Positions 24,263 through 33,278 of a DNA stretch of 64,000 bases are shown here, one piece after another. The notes beneath the pieces were generated by a model. The model was given only the letters and a program-made list of their open reading frames with translations, was not told the DNA's origin and made no database searches. How positions within the stretch are numbered: the first letter of the stretch is position 1; each line of letters starts with the position of its first letter. A program made the position numbers and the translations under genes. Source of the DNA: a virus; the IMG/VR virus record IMGVR_UViG_3300025674_000015; one strand, given 5' to 3'.

Positions 24263-24991
24263 ATGTCTTATCAGATGAATTTTCATAAATGTGATCATAT
24301 CAAGAAATTTAAACCTATTATAACAGATTTTTGTCAGTTTTGTCAAGAAAAATTTGGTTTTAAAAGACCTCCATCGATTAATTTCCTTTCAGATAAGCAA
24401 AATGAGCAAAATCCTTTAGGAAAAACAGCTTATTACAACCCAGATAATCTAGAAATCACTGTTTTTGTTGATGGAAGGCATATAAAAGACATTTTAAGGT
24501 CAATGTCGCACGAAATGGTGCATCATAATCAGAATTTAGAAGGTCAATTTGATGGTGTTTCAGCTATGGGTGAAGATTACGCTCAAACGGATGATCACCT
24601 GCGAAAAATGGAAAAAGAAGCCTATTTATTAGGTAGTGGCATATATTTTAGAGATTGGGAAGACCAATATAAAAAAGGAGCGAAATTAATGTCTGAATGG
24701 AAAAAAGCAAAAGAATTTGAAATTGATTTGGAACTTTTGACCGAAGGAAAAGTCAAAAATCCCGGGGAATACATAAAAGGACCGCGAGCAAAGGCCGGAG
24801 CCGACACCGACGGCGATGGAGTGCTTAACGGAGCCGATAAAGACCCTCTCGATGGTAGTGTTAACGAAGAAGCCGAAGAAGAGCTTCATGAATACATCGT
24901 GAAAAAGCAAAAAAGAGAGGAATTAGAGTCTGTTTTTGAATCTCGTTTCAATAAAATTCACAACAAACTTATGAACAAGTGGTGTAAATAA
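24263..24991 (+). CDS. zincin-motif (HExxH) protein with DxDGDG Ca-binding motif
   Basis: KTAYY, LRSMSHEMVHHNQ, MEKEAYL, DTDGDGVLNGADKDP. Confidence 0.75.
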   Translation: MSYQMNFHKCDHIKKFKPIITDFCQFCQEKFGFKRPPSINFLSDKQNEQNPLGKTAYYNPDNLEITVFVDGRHIKDILRSMSHEMVHHNQNLEGQFDGVSAMGEDYAQTDDHLRKMEKEAYLLGSGIYFRDWEDQYKKGAKLMSEWKKAKEFEIDLELLTEGKVKNPGEYIKGPRAKAGADTDGDGVLNGADKDPLDGSVNEEAEEELHEYIVKKQKREELESVFESRFNKIHNKLMNKWCK

Positions 24992-24993
24992 TA

Positions 24994-27900
24994 ATGTCTT
25001 TGAACAACAAAAGAACTCTTTCTGAAGGTGCTTTGCATATTATGCACCCTTATGAAGATACCAGTTTGAAATTATCTGAATTAAAGCAGATTTTCCAACA
25101 GTCCGTGTTTGGCGGATTGGAATATACCGAGAAAACAGACGGACAAAGCTGTTATTTTCACTTTGATCCAATCAAAAGACAGACATTTGCCGCTTATAAC
25201 GCCGGTCATATGAAAAAAGGTGGTCTTTCTAGGGAAGAATTTCATCAATGGGCGGAACAGATCAACCCAAAAACAAAGCAAAAAAAGCCCGAAGTTGTTC
25301 GCGAAAGCTACAAAAGAGCTTTTGATGTCTTTGATAAAGCAGTCAAAAGCTTGAATATGAACGAAGAATACCTCAAAGATGTGTTTTTTGAGTCAAATAA
25401 CCAGAAAGTGTTCTTGGCAACAGAGATTATTTCAACTACAACGCCAAACGTTATCAATTATGATAGAAATCATTTGGTTATTCATAGAGCAAACCATCGT
25501 TCATGGGACGCTTTTGAGAACAAATTTGAAGAGCTGGAAGAATCTGATTTCCCAGAAGGGGCTCTTCAAAGGTTGGAAGACCAACTAGAGAAAAGCAAAA
25601 ACAAAGAATACCCTTTGGTTGTCAATGCAGTTAAAAGATTAGCAGATTCCACTTTGGAACCGGCTTATGAAAAGATTGCAAGCTTCTTAAGTAGGCAATT
25701 CTCTAATTATGGCCTAGGTGATTCAGATAGTTTGGCTGATTTCGTCCAAAGACGTTGCGAAGAAGCTATTGTCAAACAATTCAGCTTTGATGCAGAAGTT
25801 GCTTCTGAATTGGCCGGTGTCTTTACTTCTATTGCGTCTCCTTACACAAATGCTAGCAAAGTTCTTCAAAGAGACATTAAGCCTTTGATTGAAAAGGTTA
25901 AAAATGACAAAGATCTGGAAGAATCCGGAAAATCTATGACTTTGACCCAATTAGACAGGATTTATAGGGAACCAACCTTGGCTAAGTCTATTATCAAAAA
26001 AGCTATTTGGCCTATTGAATTGGCTGTGCATGAATTTGCAACCGACGTCTTGAAAGATATGAAAAGCGCCTTTATTATCGACAATAAGAAAGCTGCTCAA
26101 GACTTAACCCAAAAGTTGACTACAATGGTCAACGCCCTAAACAGTGCGAAAGATGCTTACAAAGAAATTGTGCCTGTTTTGGACATGCAATTGGAAAAAT
26201 TCGGAGATCAAATCAAAATGTCGACACCGGTGGAAGGAATTGTGTTTTCTTTCAACGGAAGTGTTTATAAATATACCGGCTCTTTTGCCCCACTTAACCA
26301 ACTTAGCGGTCTTTTTAAATTTGGGAGAAAAGGTGTCAAATTAAAAGGCAGCGAATATGATATTGATCTTTCTAAGCAAATGAATCTTTTTGAACAATTA
26401 GAAGAAAAAGCCGCTGTTAACTTTATGTTGCTTCCCGGAGGGTTTAAACCCCCTCATGTTGGACATCTAAGCTTGATTCAAACTGCTTTGAAAAATTATC
26501 CAAACCTTAACCTTCGCGTTCTTTCTGGTAAGAATGTTCGAGCCAAAAAGCAGCAAATCCCCGTTGGATGGGAACAAGCTGAGGAAGTTTTTAGGATTAT
26601 GCTGGATTCTGTTGGTATTTCAATTGGACAATCTCCGGGAGAAGTTTTCTTAGATTATATTGACGAATACGACACGGGAAGACAAAACAAAGTGGGCAAT
26701 CCAATCATGTCTACTAGTCCAATTGGAAAAATCAAAGCAATTATCGAAACAGAGATTGTTCCGGAACTAAAAGAGAACGAAGTCGCAAAAGTCAATATTA
26801 TTTGCTCTGAAGCTGATTCTTCTTATGCAAAAGTGTTTAAAAGTTTGATTGAAAAGGAACTTCGAACAAAAGTCGAAGTTATTGATTTAGTTTTCTCCTC
26901 TAGGCGGCAAGAGAGCGATGTGAAGTTTAGTGCTAGCACAATTCGATCAATTCTAGTATCAGATGAAGCAAAGCCAGAAGATATTCGTGATTTTTATCCT
27001 CCTAGTGTCTCTGATGCTAATTTGCAAAAGATTTTCAGTGTTCTGAAAGGCATTGATGACATTCAAGAAGTTTCTTCTATGGCAGGAGGGGCTGTTGCCG
27101 GACATATGGGTCACCACAATAAAGGAAAGAAAATGAAAGAATTAAGCTTAATCAGAAATGAATCCATTTTAAGAAAGAAGCTTCGAAGGTTTTTAAGAGC
27201 CAAAAATAGCCTTATCTTGCAAGAAGAAGCAAAACTTCGCAACATGGTTAAAAAAATCTTGGTTTTAGAGAAAAAGCAAAACAAAATCAAGCACCGACTC
27301 ACCTCTATCAACAAATTGGATGAGTTTTTTGCTAATCATAAAGCTATTATTGAAGATTTTTATACAACTCTGACTTCTTCTCCGCAACAAAGAGAATCTT
27401 TCAGAAAGCATCTTTTTAATGCTATGATCAACTCTTTCCAGATTCAAGATAGCTTGGATTCGATTGAAAACTTCCTAGCCCAGAAAACAAAAGAAAAAGG
27501 CGGACTGGCTTCTGTTCCACAATCAGAAGAAAAGCCCGAATCCATGGAAGTTGAAGATTTTGAAGATATTGAGGAACCTGAAGAGCTTAAAGAAGAAACT
27601 GATCTTAAGGTTGCTATCGGCAAAGATGGCACTTTGGAAAAAGAGCCGGACGATGAAGAAAAAGAATTGGAAAAAGAATTAGAAAAGGAAAAAGCCGAGG
27701 AAGATGTTGCAGACTTTCCGGAAGAAGAAAGATTAGAAGGATTGGACCCCATGGGTCGTCAAGCAGCTAATGATCTTTTTGGACGAATTTCTGCCGAAAT
27801 GACAAGATATAGAGAAATGCCTTATGGAGATGAGGAATTCCCCTTAGATCCCAACGATCCGGACACGGAATATCTTACAGAAAAAGAAATCTTCACTTAT

Positions 27901-28113
27901 TACCTTTTCTTGAATCTCCAGCTTTTCTTTGAATTGATTGAAGAAAAGGAATTTGGAGAGCCGGGCGAAGAAGTTGATCAAATTGAATCCGAACGTGATA
28001 AGTTTGAAAAACAACCCATGAAAGATGTCAACTTCAAAGACGAACCGGAAGCCCCAGAAGAAGACATGGATTTTCCAGAAGAAGAGCCGGAAGCACCAGA
28101 AGGTGAAAGATGA
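24994..28113 (+). CDS. multidomain protein: ligase-like nucleotidyltransferase + HxGH (cytidylyltransferase-like) domain + acidic C-terminal region
   Basis: TEKTDGQ (KxDG), EGIV..YKYTG; PGGFKPPHVGH and FSASTIR; E/D-rich tail. Confidence 0.7.
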   Translation: MSLNNKRTLSEGALHIMHPYEDTSLKLSELKQIFQQSVFGGLEYTEKTDGQSCYFHFDPIKRQTFAAYNAGHMKKGGLSREEFHQWAEQINPKTKQKKPEVVRESYKRAFDVFDKAVKSLNMNEEYLKDVFFESNNQKVFLATEIISTTTPNVINYDRNHLVIHRANHRSWDAFENKFEELEESDFPEGALQRLEDQLEKSKNKEYPLVVNAVKRLADSTLEPAYEKIASFLSRQFSNYGLGDSDSLADFVQRRCEEAIVKQFSFDAEVASELAGVFTSIASPYTNASKVLQRDIKPLIEKVKNDKDLEESGKSMTLTQLDRIYREPTLAKSIIKKAIWPIELAVHEFATDVLKDMKSAFIIDNKKAAQDLTQKLTTMVNALNSAKDAYKEIVPVLDMQLEKFGDQIKMSTPVEGIVFSFNGSVYKYTGSFAPLNQLSGLFKFGRKGVKLKGSEYDIDLSKQMNLFEQLEEKAAVNFMLLPGGFKPPHVGHLSLIQTALKNYPNLNLRVLSGKNVRAKKQQIPVGWEQAEEVFRIMLDSVGISIGQSPGEVFLDYIDEYDTGRQNKVGNPIMSTSPIGKIKAIIETEIVPELKENEVAKVNIICSEADSSYAKVFKSLIEKELRTKVEVIDLVFSSRRQESDVKFSASTIRSILVSDEAKPEDIRDFYPPSVSDANLQKIFSVLKGIDDIQEVSSMAGGAVAGHMGHHNKGKKMKELSLIRNESILRKKLRRFLRAKNSLILQEEAKLRNMVKKILVLEKKQNKIKHRLTSINKLDEFFANHKAIIEDFYTTLTSSPQQRESFRKHLFNAMINSFQIQDSLDSIENFLAQKTKEKGGLASVPQSEEKPESMEVEDFEDIEEPEELKEETDLKVAIGKDGTLEKEPDDEEKELEKELEKEKAEEDVADFPEEERLEGLDPMGRQAANDLFGRISAEMTRYREMPYGDEEFPLDPNDPDTEYLTEKEIFTYYLFLNLQLFFELIEEKEFGEPGEEVDQIESERDKFEKQPMKDVNFKDEPEAPEEDMDFPEEEPEAPEGER

Positions 28114-28475
28114 CGTCTTGGCAAAGAAAAACAAAAGTAAAAGGCAAAAATGAATTTTACTCTATCTCAACCCTCTTGAAAAAGCAAAACAAAATTAATG
28201 AAGCTTTTGAAATCATGCTGAACAATCTAACTCTTGAAGAGTTGATTGCTTTGAAGTTAGAAATAGCTTCAAAAGCATGCAAAAAAGCAATGTATGGAAT
28301 TCAAATTTGGAGATCTTTGAAATATATCGCAGAAGATGCTGCTTTGAAGTATTCAATTTCCGCTACTAGAACAAAAGCAGAAAGTTGGCGTTTTCTCGGA
28401 CTTAATAACCACACCTTAAGAGAAGCTAAACAAAGATACAATCCTTATAGTTATTTTGAAGAGCCGGAAGAATAA
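28110..28475 (+). CDS. putative Fis-like helix-turn-helix protein
   Basis: C-terminal AEDAALKYSISATRTKAESWRFLGLNNHTLREAKQRY resembles the Fis/NtrC HTH_8 pattern. Confidence 0.55.
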   Translation: MTSWQRKTKVKGKNEFYSISTLLKKQNKINEAFEIMLNNLTLEELIALKLEIASKACKKAMYGIQIWRSLKYIAEDAALKYSISATRTKAESWRFLGLNNHTLREAKQRYNPYSYFEEPEE

Positions 28476-29245
28476 AGAAGCTTTCTAATCTCATTTAAAT
28501 TCACACCAAAACTGATATGATGAAATCTTCTGTGTACAGAAGAAACAATCCCAATCACTTCCCCATATTTATTCAAAATCGGAGAACCAGAAGAGCCACC
28601 AACCACAGGAATCGTGAACACAGACATTAAAGACTTATATCCCTTGATGGGTACCATCTTTTTGCCCAGATAACGCCCCTCATATAGCCCTAGAACCTTT
28701 CCTGAGAAGAAACCTAGGGGTGAGGCTGTATTATAAACTTTCTCGCCTTTTTCAGGCATTTCCGTGGCGATTCTGTAAACTGGTAAATCTTTGATTGGTT
28801 TGAACCTTACTAGGGCCAAATCAGCTTTCTTCACCAATTTCTGCTCTAAAATATCATGCTTTCTTTTGTGCCAATCAATTAAATAAGTTTTGTCATTTAA
28901 AACAGAAACTTTGTAATTCATTGCATTTAACATTCTTCTGTGCATTGGATGTACTGGATCAAGGTACAAGTTATGGGCGGCGGTTAGGGCATAGCTCCAT
29001 TTTACCCCTCTGTAAACATGAAAAGCAGAACCTTCATATTTTACTTGCCTAGTTCTACATGCAATGTGAAATTTCATTGGCTTGCAAATTTGAATTCTTG
29101 CTACTCGAACAAACTTGAAAAAAGCTCTTTGTTTGAATGGATTGTTTTTTGCAAACGAACGGAAATAAGTAAGGTGAGAACAGCCGGCGAAATGGAAACA
29201 AAGCGGAATAAAGAAAAGGTAAAAGTAAACTAATTTCTTCCTCAT
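28451..29245 (-). CDS. trypsin-like serine protease, putative lipoprotein
   Basis: LTAAH, DLAL, GGSSGSP catalytic motifs; lipobox FAGC. Confidence 0.88.
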   Translation of the reverse strand: MRKKLVYFYLFFIPLCFHFAGCSHLTYFRSFAKNNPFKQRAFFKFVRVARIQICKPMKFHIACRTRQVKYEGSAFHVYRGVKWSYALTAAHNLYLDPVHPMHRRMLNAMNYKVSVLNDKTYLIDWHKRKHDILEQKLVKKADLALVRFKPIKDLPVYRIATEMPEKGEKVYNTASPLGFFSGKVLGLYEGRYLGKKMVPIKGYKSLMSVFTIPVVGGSSGSPILNKYGEVIGIVSSVHRRFHHISFGVNLNEIRKLLYSSGSSK

Positions 29246-29358
29246 GGGTTTCCCTCCAGTTTAGGGGTTATAATTTTAAGTAGTTTTGCTTATTCTTTAA
29301 CTGCTTGAAACTAGTTAATCATAGAGTTGGAACTCTAATTTATTGCAAGGATTTTAAA

Positions 29359-30669
29359 ATGAGAAAGAAAACTTACATCTTAGATACCTCAGTTTATCTC
29401 ACAGACGCAAACTCGATCAAAGCGTTCAAAAAGAACGACATTATCATTCCGCTGAAAGTTCTAGAAGAAATTGACAAACACAAAACAAGACAAGACGGAG
29501 TTGGAGCGCAGGCAAGACAGATTATCAGAATTTTAGATGAATTAAGAACAAAAGGTTCACTTCAAAAAGGTGTCCGAATTGAAAAAGGAAAAGGCTTGAT
29601 TTACACCAAGGGGTATAATATTGAGTATCTTCCGGAAGGTTTTGACCCTAAACACCCCGACAATCAGATTATCTGTGTGGCCCTCACCGAAAAAAGAGAA
29701 AATCCCAAAAAGAAAGTTATTGTCGTTTCTCGTGATATCAATATGCGAGTTAAATGTGACGCTATTGGTATTGAATGTGAGGAATACGTCGCTTCCAAGG
29801 TTGTGAAAGATTCTTCCGAGCTTTATACAGGCTTGAAACAGATCCTTGTAGATGAAGAGACCGTAGACCAGTTTTATGCAAAGAAAGATGTCTTTATTGA
29901 AAAGGAAGAACACAAACTTTTTGCAAATCAGTTTGTTATGCTGGTTTCATCTTCAAACGAAAAGAAGACTGCGTTAGCGCGGTTTACAGCCTATTCTAGC
30001 CCCCTCAAACATGTTTTTGATAGCAAGGGTCACGAATGGCTAATCAAGCCCCGTAACAAGGAGCAGAGGTTCTCTATTGACCTTCTAATGAACCCTGACG
30101 TTCCCGTGGTTACTTTGATTGGGAAAGCAGGGTCTGGTAAGACCCTTGCTGCTATTTCTGCTGGAATGGAGCAAGTTTTAAATACAGAAAGATACAAGAC
30201 TCTTGTTGTTTCTAGACCGGTCCAACCTCTTGGAAAGGACATTGGCTTTCTTCCGGGTTCGATGGAAGAGAAGATGAGGCCATGGTTGGCTCCGATCAGA
30301 GACAACTTGCAGTATCTTATGGGCAATGATAAGATCCTGATGGAAGAATACCTTTCAAATGGCTTGATTGAAGTAGAAGCTCTGACTTATATAAGGGGTC
30401 GTTCTATCTCTGATGCTTATATCATCATCGATGAAGCTCAAAACTTGTCTAGACACGAATTGAAAACGATCATCACTCGTGTTGGTGAGAACACAAAGAT
30501 TGTTCTTACAGGAGACATTGAGCAGATTGATAATGCTTATATTGATGAAACAACTAATGGGTTGACGTATGCAGTTGAAAGTTTTAAAGAAACTGAATTA
30601 GCTGGTCATATCACCCTACAAAAAGGCGAAAGATCGAAAGTCGCCAGTTTAGCAGCGAGGATTTTGTAA
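29359..30669 (+). CDS. phoH: PhoH-family ATPase with N-terminal PIN domain (PhoH2/YlaK type)
   Basis: YILDTSV, DNQII, SRDINMRVK, GKAGSGKT, GFLPG, YIRGRS, IIDEAQN, GDIEQID; start ATG 29359. Confidence 0.93.
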   Translation: MRKKTYILDTSVYLTDANSIKAFKKNDIIIPLKVLEEIDKHKTRQDGVGAQARQIIRILDELRTKGSLQKGVRIEKGKGLIYTKGYNIEYLPEGFDPKHPDNQIICVALTEKRENPKKKVIVVSRDINMRVKCDAIGIECEEYVASKVVKDSSELYTGLKQILVDEETVDQFYAKKDVFIEKEEHKLFANQFVMLVSSSNEKKTALARFTAYSSPLKHVFDSKGHEWLIKPRNKEQRFSIDLLMNPDVPVVTLIGKAGSGKTLAAISAGMEQVLNTERYKTLVVSRPVQPLGKDIGFLPGSMEEKMRPWLAPIRDNLQYLMGNDKILMEEYLSNGLIEVEALTYIRGRSISDAYIIIDEAQNLSRHELKTIITRVGENTKIVLTGDIEQIDNAYIDETTNGLTYAVESFKETELAGHITLQKGERSKVASLAARIL

Positions 30670-31343
30670 TGAAATTAATAATGGAAAATTGGAGAAAGTT
30701 TACTTTAAATGAGCGATTAAAGTTAGGGTATAAAGTGGAGAGGATGGCTAGCCGCTTACCCAAAAGCATGTATATTGAAAAACACTGGGAAGGCTCTATA
30801 CTTCACTTTACACTATTTGAAAAGGTAGGGGAAAATGAGAACAGCCTAGTCGGGGAACTACATGTAGAAAAGGTGCCTATCCTAGGCAAACATGCGTATG
30901 AAGGAGCTTTTTCAGAAGTAGAGAGGGGTTACGGCCCTTTACTTTATGAGTTGGCTTTAGAGCATGCTTCAAAAGACGGCCTTGGATTTAAGCCTGATTC
31001 TGTTGATGTTTCAGATGACGCTCAGGGTGTCTGGGATATTTACAATGTTCGTGATGATGTTGAATCTATTGAATTAGACTATGATAAACAAGAGTTTGAA
31101 TATGGTGCTGGTGACGGTGCTTCTGACTATGTTCGTCAGAGAACTCCTGATGATCCGGAAGATGATTACAACTTAGACAGCGCTTTAAAGTCCAGTGGTG
31201 CTTATGATTATGTTGAAAGCGACGAAAAAAAGCCCAATGGATTTGACAAGTGGATGGATCTGTCCATCACCAAAATCTATCGAAAAAACAACGACAACAT
31301 TACAAAAAAACTTAGAGAAAGAGGTCAGTTGGTGGAAAAATAA
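30669..31343 (+). CDS. putative GNAT-fold protein with MKLIMENWRKF leader
   Basis: ERGYGPLLYELALE resembles acetyl-CoA binding motif A; VSDDAQGVW; leader ends in TLNE. Confidence 0.55.
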   Translation: MKLIMENWRKFTLNERLKLGYKVERMASRLPKSMYIEKHWEGSILHFTLFEKVGENENSLVGELHVEKVPILGKHAYEGAFSEVERGYGPLLYELALEHASKDGLGFKPDSVDVSDDAQGVWDIYNVRDDVESIELDYDKQEFEYGAGDGASDYVRQRTPDDPEDDYNLDSALKSSGAYDYVESDEKKPNGFDKWMDLSITKIYRKNNDNITKKLRERGQLVEK

Positions 31344-31355
31344 AAGGATATAAAA

Positions 31356-31913
31356 ATGAAATTTAATAAAGAAAAGATCAGACAACAGATTTTACTAGAG
31401 GGGAAGCCTAGGCTTAGACACACTCATGAAGAAGTAAAACAGGCCATAAAAGATGTTTTAGCATATTCAGGATTATCTAACAATACCGGTTTAGCCGCCC
31501 TTTTAGAAGAGATTTCTATAGTAGAATCCGGATATAAAAAATCATCTGGTAGCATATTCCATGTTGGAAATCCATTTCAACTAACACCAATTGCAATTAA
31601 AGAAATTAAAGGCACTAAACAATACGGCTACAAAAAAGTAAGGCCGTATATTTTAAAATTTCAAAGAAACGCAATAAAAGCTGGTCGATTCAAGCAATAT
31701 TGGTGGAAGCAATCCACCTCTGAGATCAAAAGACTGCTTCTTTTAAATGTGGCCGGCGCTTTATTTTATTTGATCTACAGGGGCGCGCTAAGATCAACAT
31801 CCTCTATGAACTCAAGAGCAAACTTTTGGAAAACAAGATACAATACCAATCTCGGCGCAGGTACACCAAACTATTATCAAAATAAAGTCAGAAAGTTTTT
31901 AGGTACAAAGTAG
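31356..31913 (+). CDS. putative lysozyme-like protein with leader-like N-terminus
   Basis: ISIVESG catalytic-Glu-like motif, PFQLT, FWKTRYNT..GAGT; MKFNKEKIRQQILLE leader. Confidence 0.5.
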   Translation: MKFNKEKIRQQILLEGKPRLRHTHEEVKQAIKDVLAYSGLSNNTGLAALLEEISIVESGYKKSSGSIFHVGNPFQLTPIAIKEIKGTKQYGYKKVRPYILKFQRNAIKAGRFKQYWWKQSTSEIKRLLLLNVAGALFYLIYRGALRSTSSMNSRANFWKTRYNTNLGAGTPNYYQNKVRKFLGTK

Positions 31914-31917
31914 AATC

Positions 31918-31946
31918 ATTATAGCACAGACTTTTAGATTTGTTAA
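31918..31946 (-). promoter_or_regulatory. antisense sigma70-type promoter TTAACA-17-TATAAT (extended -10)
   Basis: Reverse complement of ATTATAGCA-N14-TGTTAA; no minus-strand gene follows. Confidence 0.5.
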
Positions 31947-31963
31947 GTAAAAAAGGAAAAAAA

Positions 31964-32914
31964 ATGAAAATTAATTCTTTTGGAAATGACTTTGTGATTC
32001 AAAACAACGATATAGAAAAGTTGTCAAATCAAAAAAAGAAAGGCGCTGGATATCCAAATCTAAATCAAGTTCCTTTCTCTGTTGGTGTCGGCCCTAGCAA
32101 CCGATCTAGGGGAGTTCCTTATTTTTGCACACAAGGAAATCCAACTTCTTATTTTACAGAATCTAGACAAACCACAGCACCTACAAACCCAGTTGTTTAT
32201 TACAACTTTGAAGGAAGTTTTGAAAATGCTGCTATCTCTAGAGGTTCTGCGACTGGATTGGCTGTCAATCAAGCTGCCTTATCTGAAGTAAAAAAAGTTC
32301 GAGGAGCTTACTCACTCGTTCTTCCTGATGCTACCGATGATTATTTAAATTTGGAAAATGCCGTTAGTTCTGTTCAGAACTTGGAAAACGGCTCAATAAC
32401 TTTTTGGGTTAACTTTATCTTCACCGGTCAAAGAATGTTTTTCCATGCTCAAGATCAAACTGATGGAGATGATTCTAGGTTAGAATTGTTTATTGATACA
32501 AATTTAACGCCTGATACTTTGAATTATGTAGTATACGAAGGAGGAAGTGAAATCTTACAATTATCTGGAGAAATTGATCCAGCAATCTCTCAAAACACTT
32601 GGTACCATGTCGCTGTTACCGCAGGTTCTGGTGGAACAAAAATTTATATTGATGGTGTGGAAATTGCTTCTTCTGAAGTTAGAGCTTTCTTTTTTGATGT
32701 TAACGATGTTGATCTTATTAGGATCGGTGTTGATGGTGCTGGGAATGATGATTTTGCTGGATATTTCGACGAATTTGCTATCTGGGATGTTGAACTTAAT
32801 GCTGAAATTGTAGCTTCTATTGCTTCTGCTGAACCTCCTGATCTTAACTTAGCTGCTGAATCTGTTGGTGCTGAATTTATAGACAGAAACGGACCTTACA
32901 AAATATTTGATTAA
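31964..32914 (+). CDS. LamG / concanavalin-A-like domain protein
   Basis: YYNFE, SITFWV, NTWYHVAVT, KIYIDG, IRIG, FAGYFDEFAIWD; start ATG 31964. Confidence 0.85.
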   Translation: MKINSFGNDFVIQNNDIEKLSNQKKKGAGYPNLNQVPFSVGVGPSNRSRGVPYFCTQGNPTSYFTESRQTTAPTNPVVYYNFEGSFENAAISRGSATGLAVNQAALSEVKKVRGAYSLVLPDATDDYLNLENAVSSVQNLENGSITFWVNFIFTGQRMFFHAQDQTDGDDSRLELFIDTNLTPDTLNYVVYEGGSEILQLSGEIDPAISQNTWYHVAVTAGSGGTKIYIDGVEIASSEVRAFFFDVNDVDLIRIGVDGAGNDDFAGYFDEFAIWDVELNAEIVASIASAEPPDLNLAAESVGAEFIDRNGPYKIFD

Positions 32915-32918
32915 AAAA

Positions 32919-32948
32919 TTTAATAAATGAAGAAAAGTATGATATAAT
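32919..32948 (+). promoter_or_regulatory. sigma70-type promoter TTTAAT-18-TATAAT (extended -10)
   Basis: Same geometry recurs at 33908-33937; the local DNA is very AT-rich, which weakens the call. Confidence 0.45.
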
Positions 32949-32975
32949 ATTTAAAATACTTAAAAAGGAGTTAGA

Positions 32976-33278
32976 ATGAGTATTCAAGTAGAAGATGATT
33001 TTGATATTAAAAATGAAGACTTAAAGAAAGAAGTAGAAGTTAATAATCCTCTTAAAGAGTTTATTATTAATTATGTTGGAACTAAGTTAAGTCCTGAAGA
33101 TGAAATGGTTTCTTTGGAAATGGTAGTTCAAGTATTAGCTGATGAATTTCCAGAGTTTATGCTAGCTGTAGCTGAAGAAAACTGGATTAGAGGTTATTAT
33201 CAGGCTTTACACGATGTTGAACAAGGAGAAAAGATCTTAAAAGAAAATGAAGAAGTATCTAATGAAGAAAAAGAATAA
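32976..33278 (+). CDS. hypothetical conserved phage protein
   Basis: AAGGAG RBS; EFPEF...AEENWIRGY.QAL.D. Confidence 0.8.
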   Translation: MSIQVEDDFDIKNEDLKKEVEVNNPLKEFIINYVGTKLSPEDEMVSLEMVVQVLADEFPEFMLAVAEENWIRGYYQALHDVEQGEKILKENEEVSNEEKE

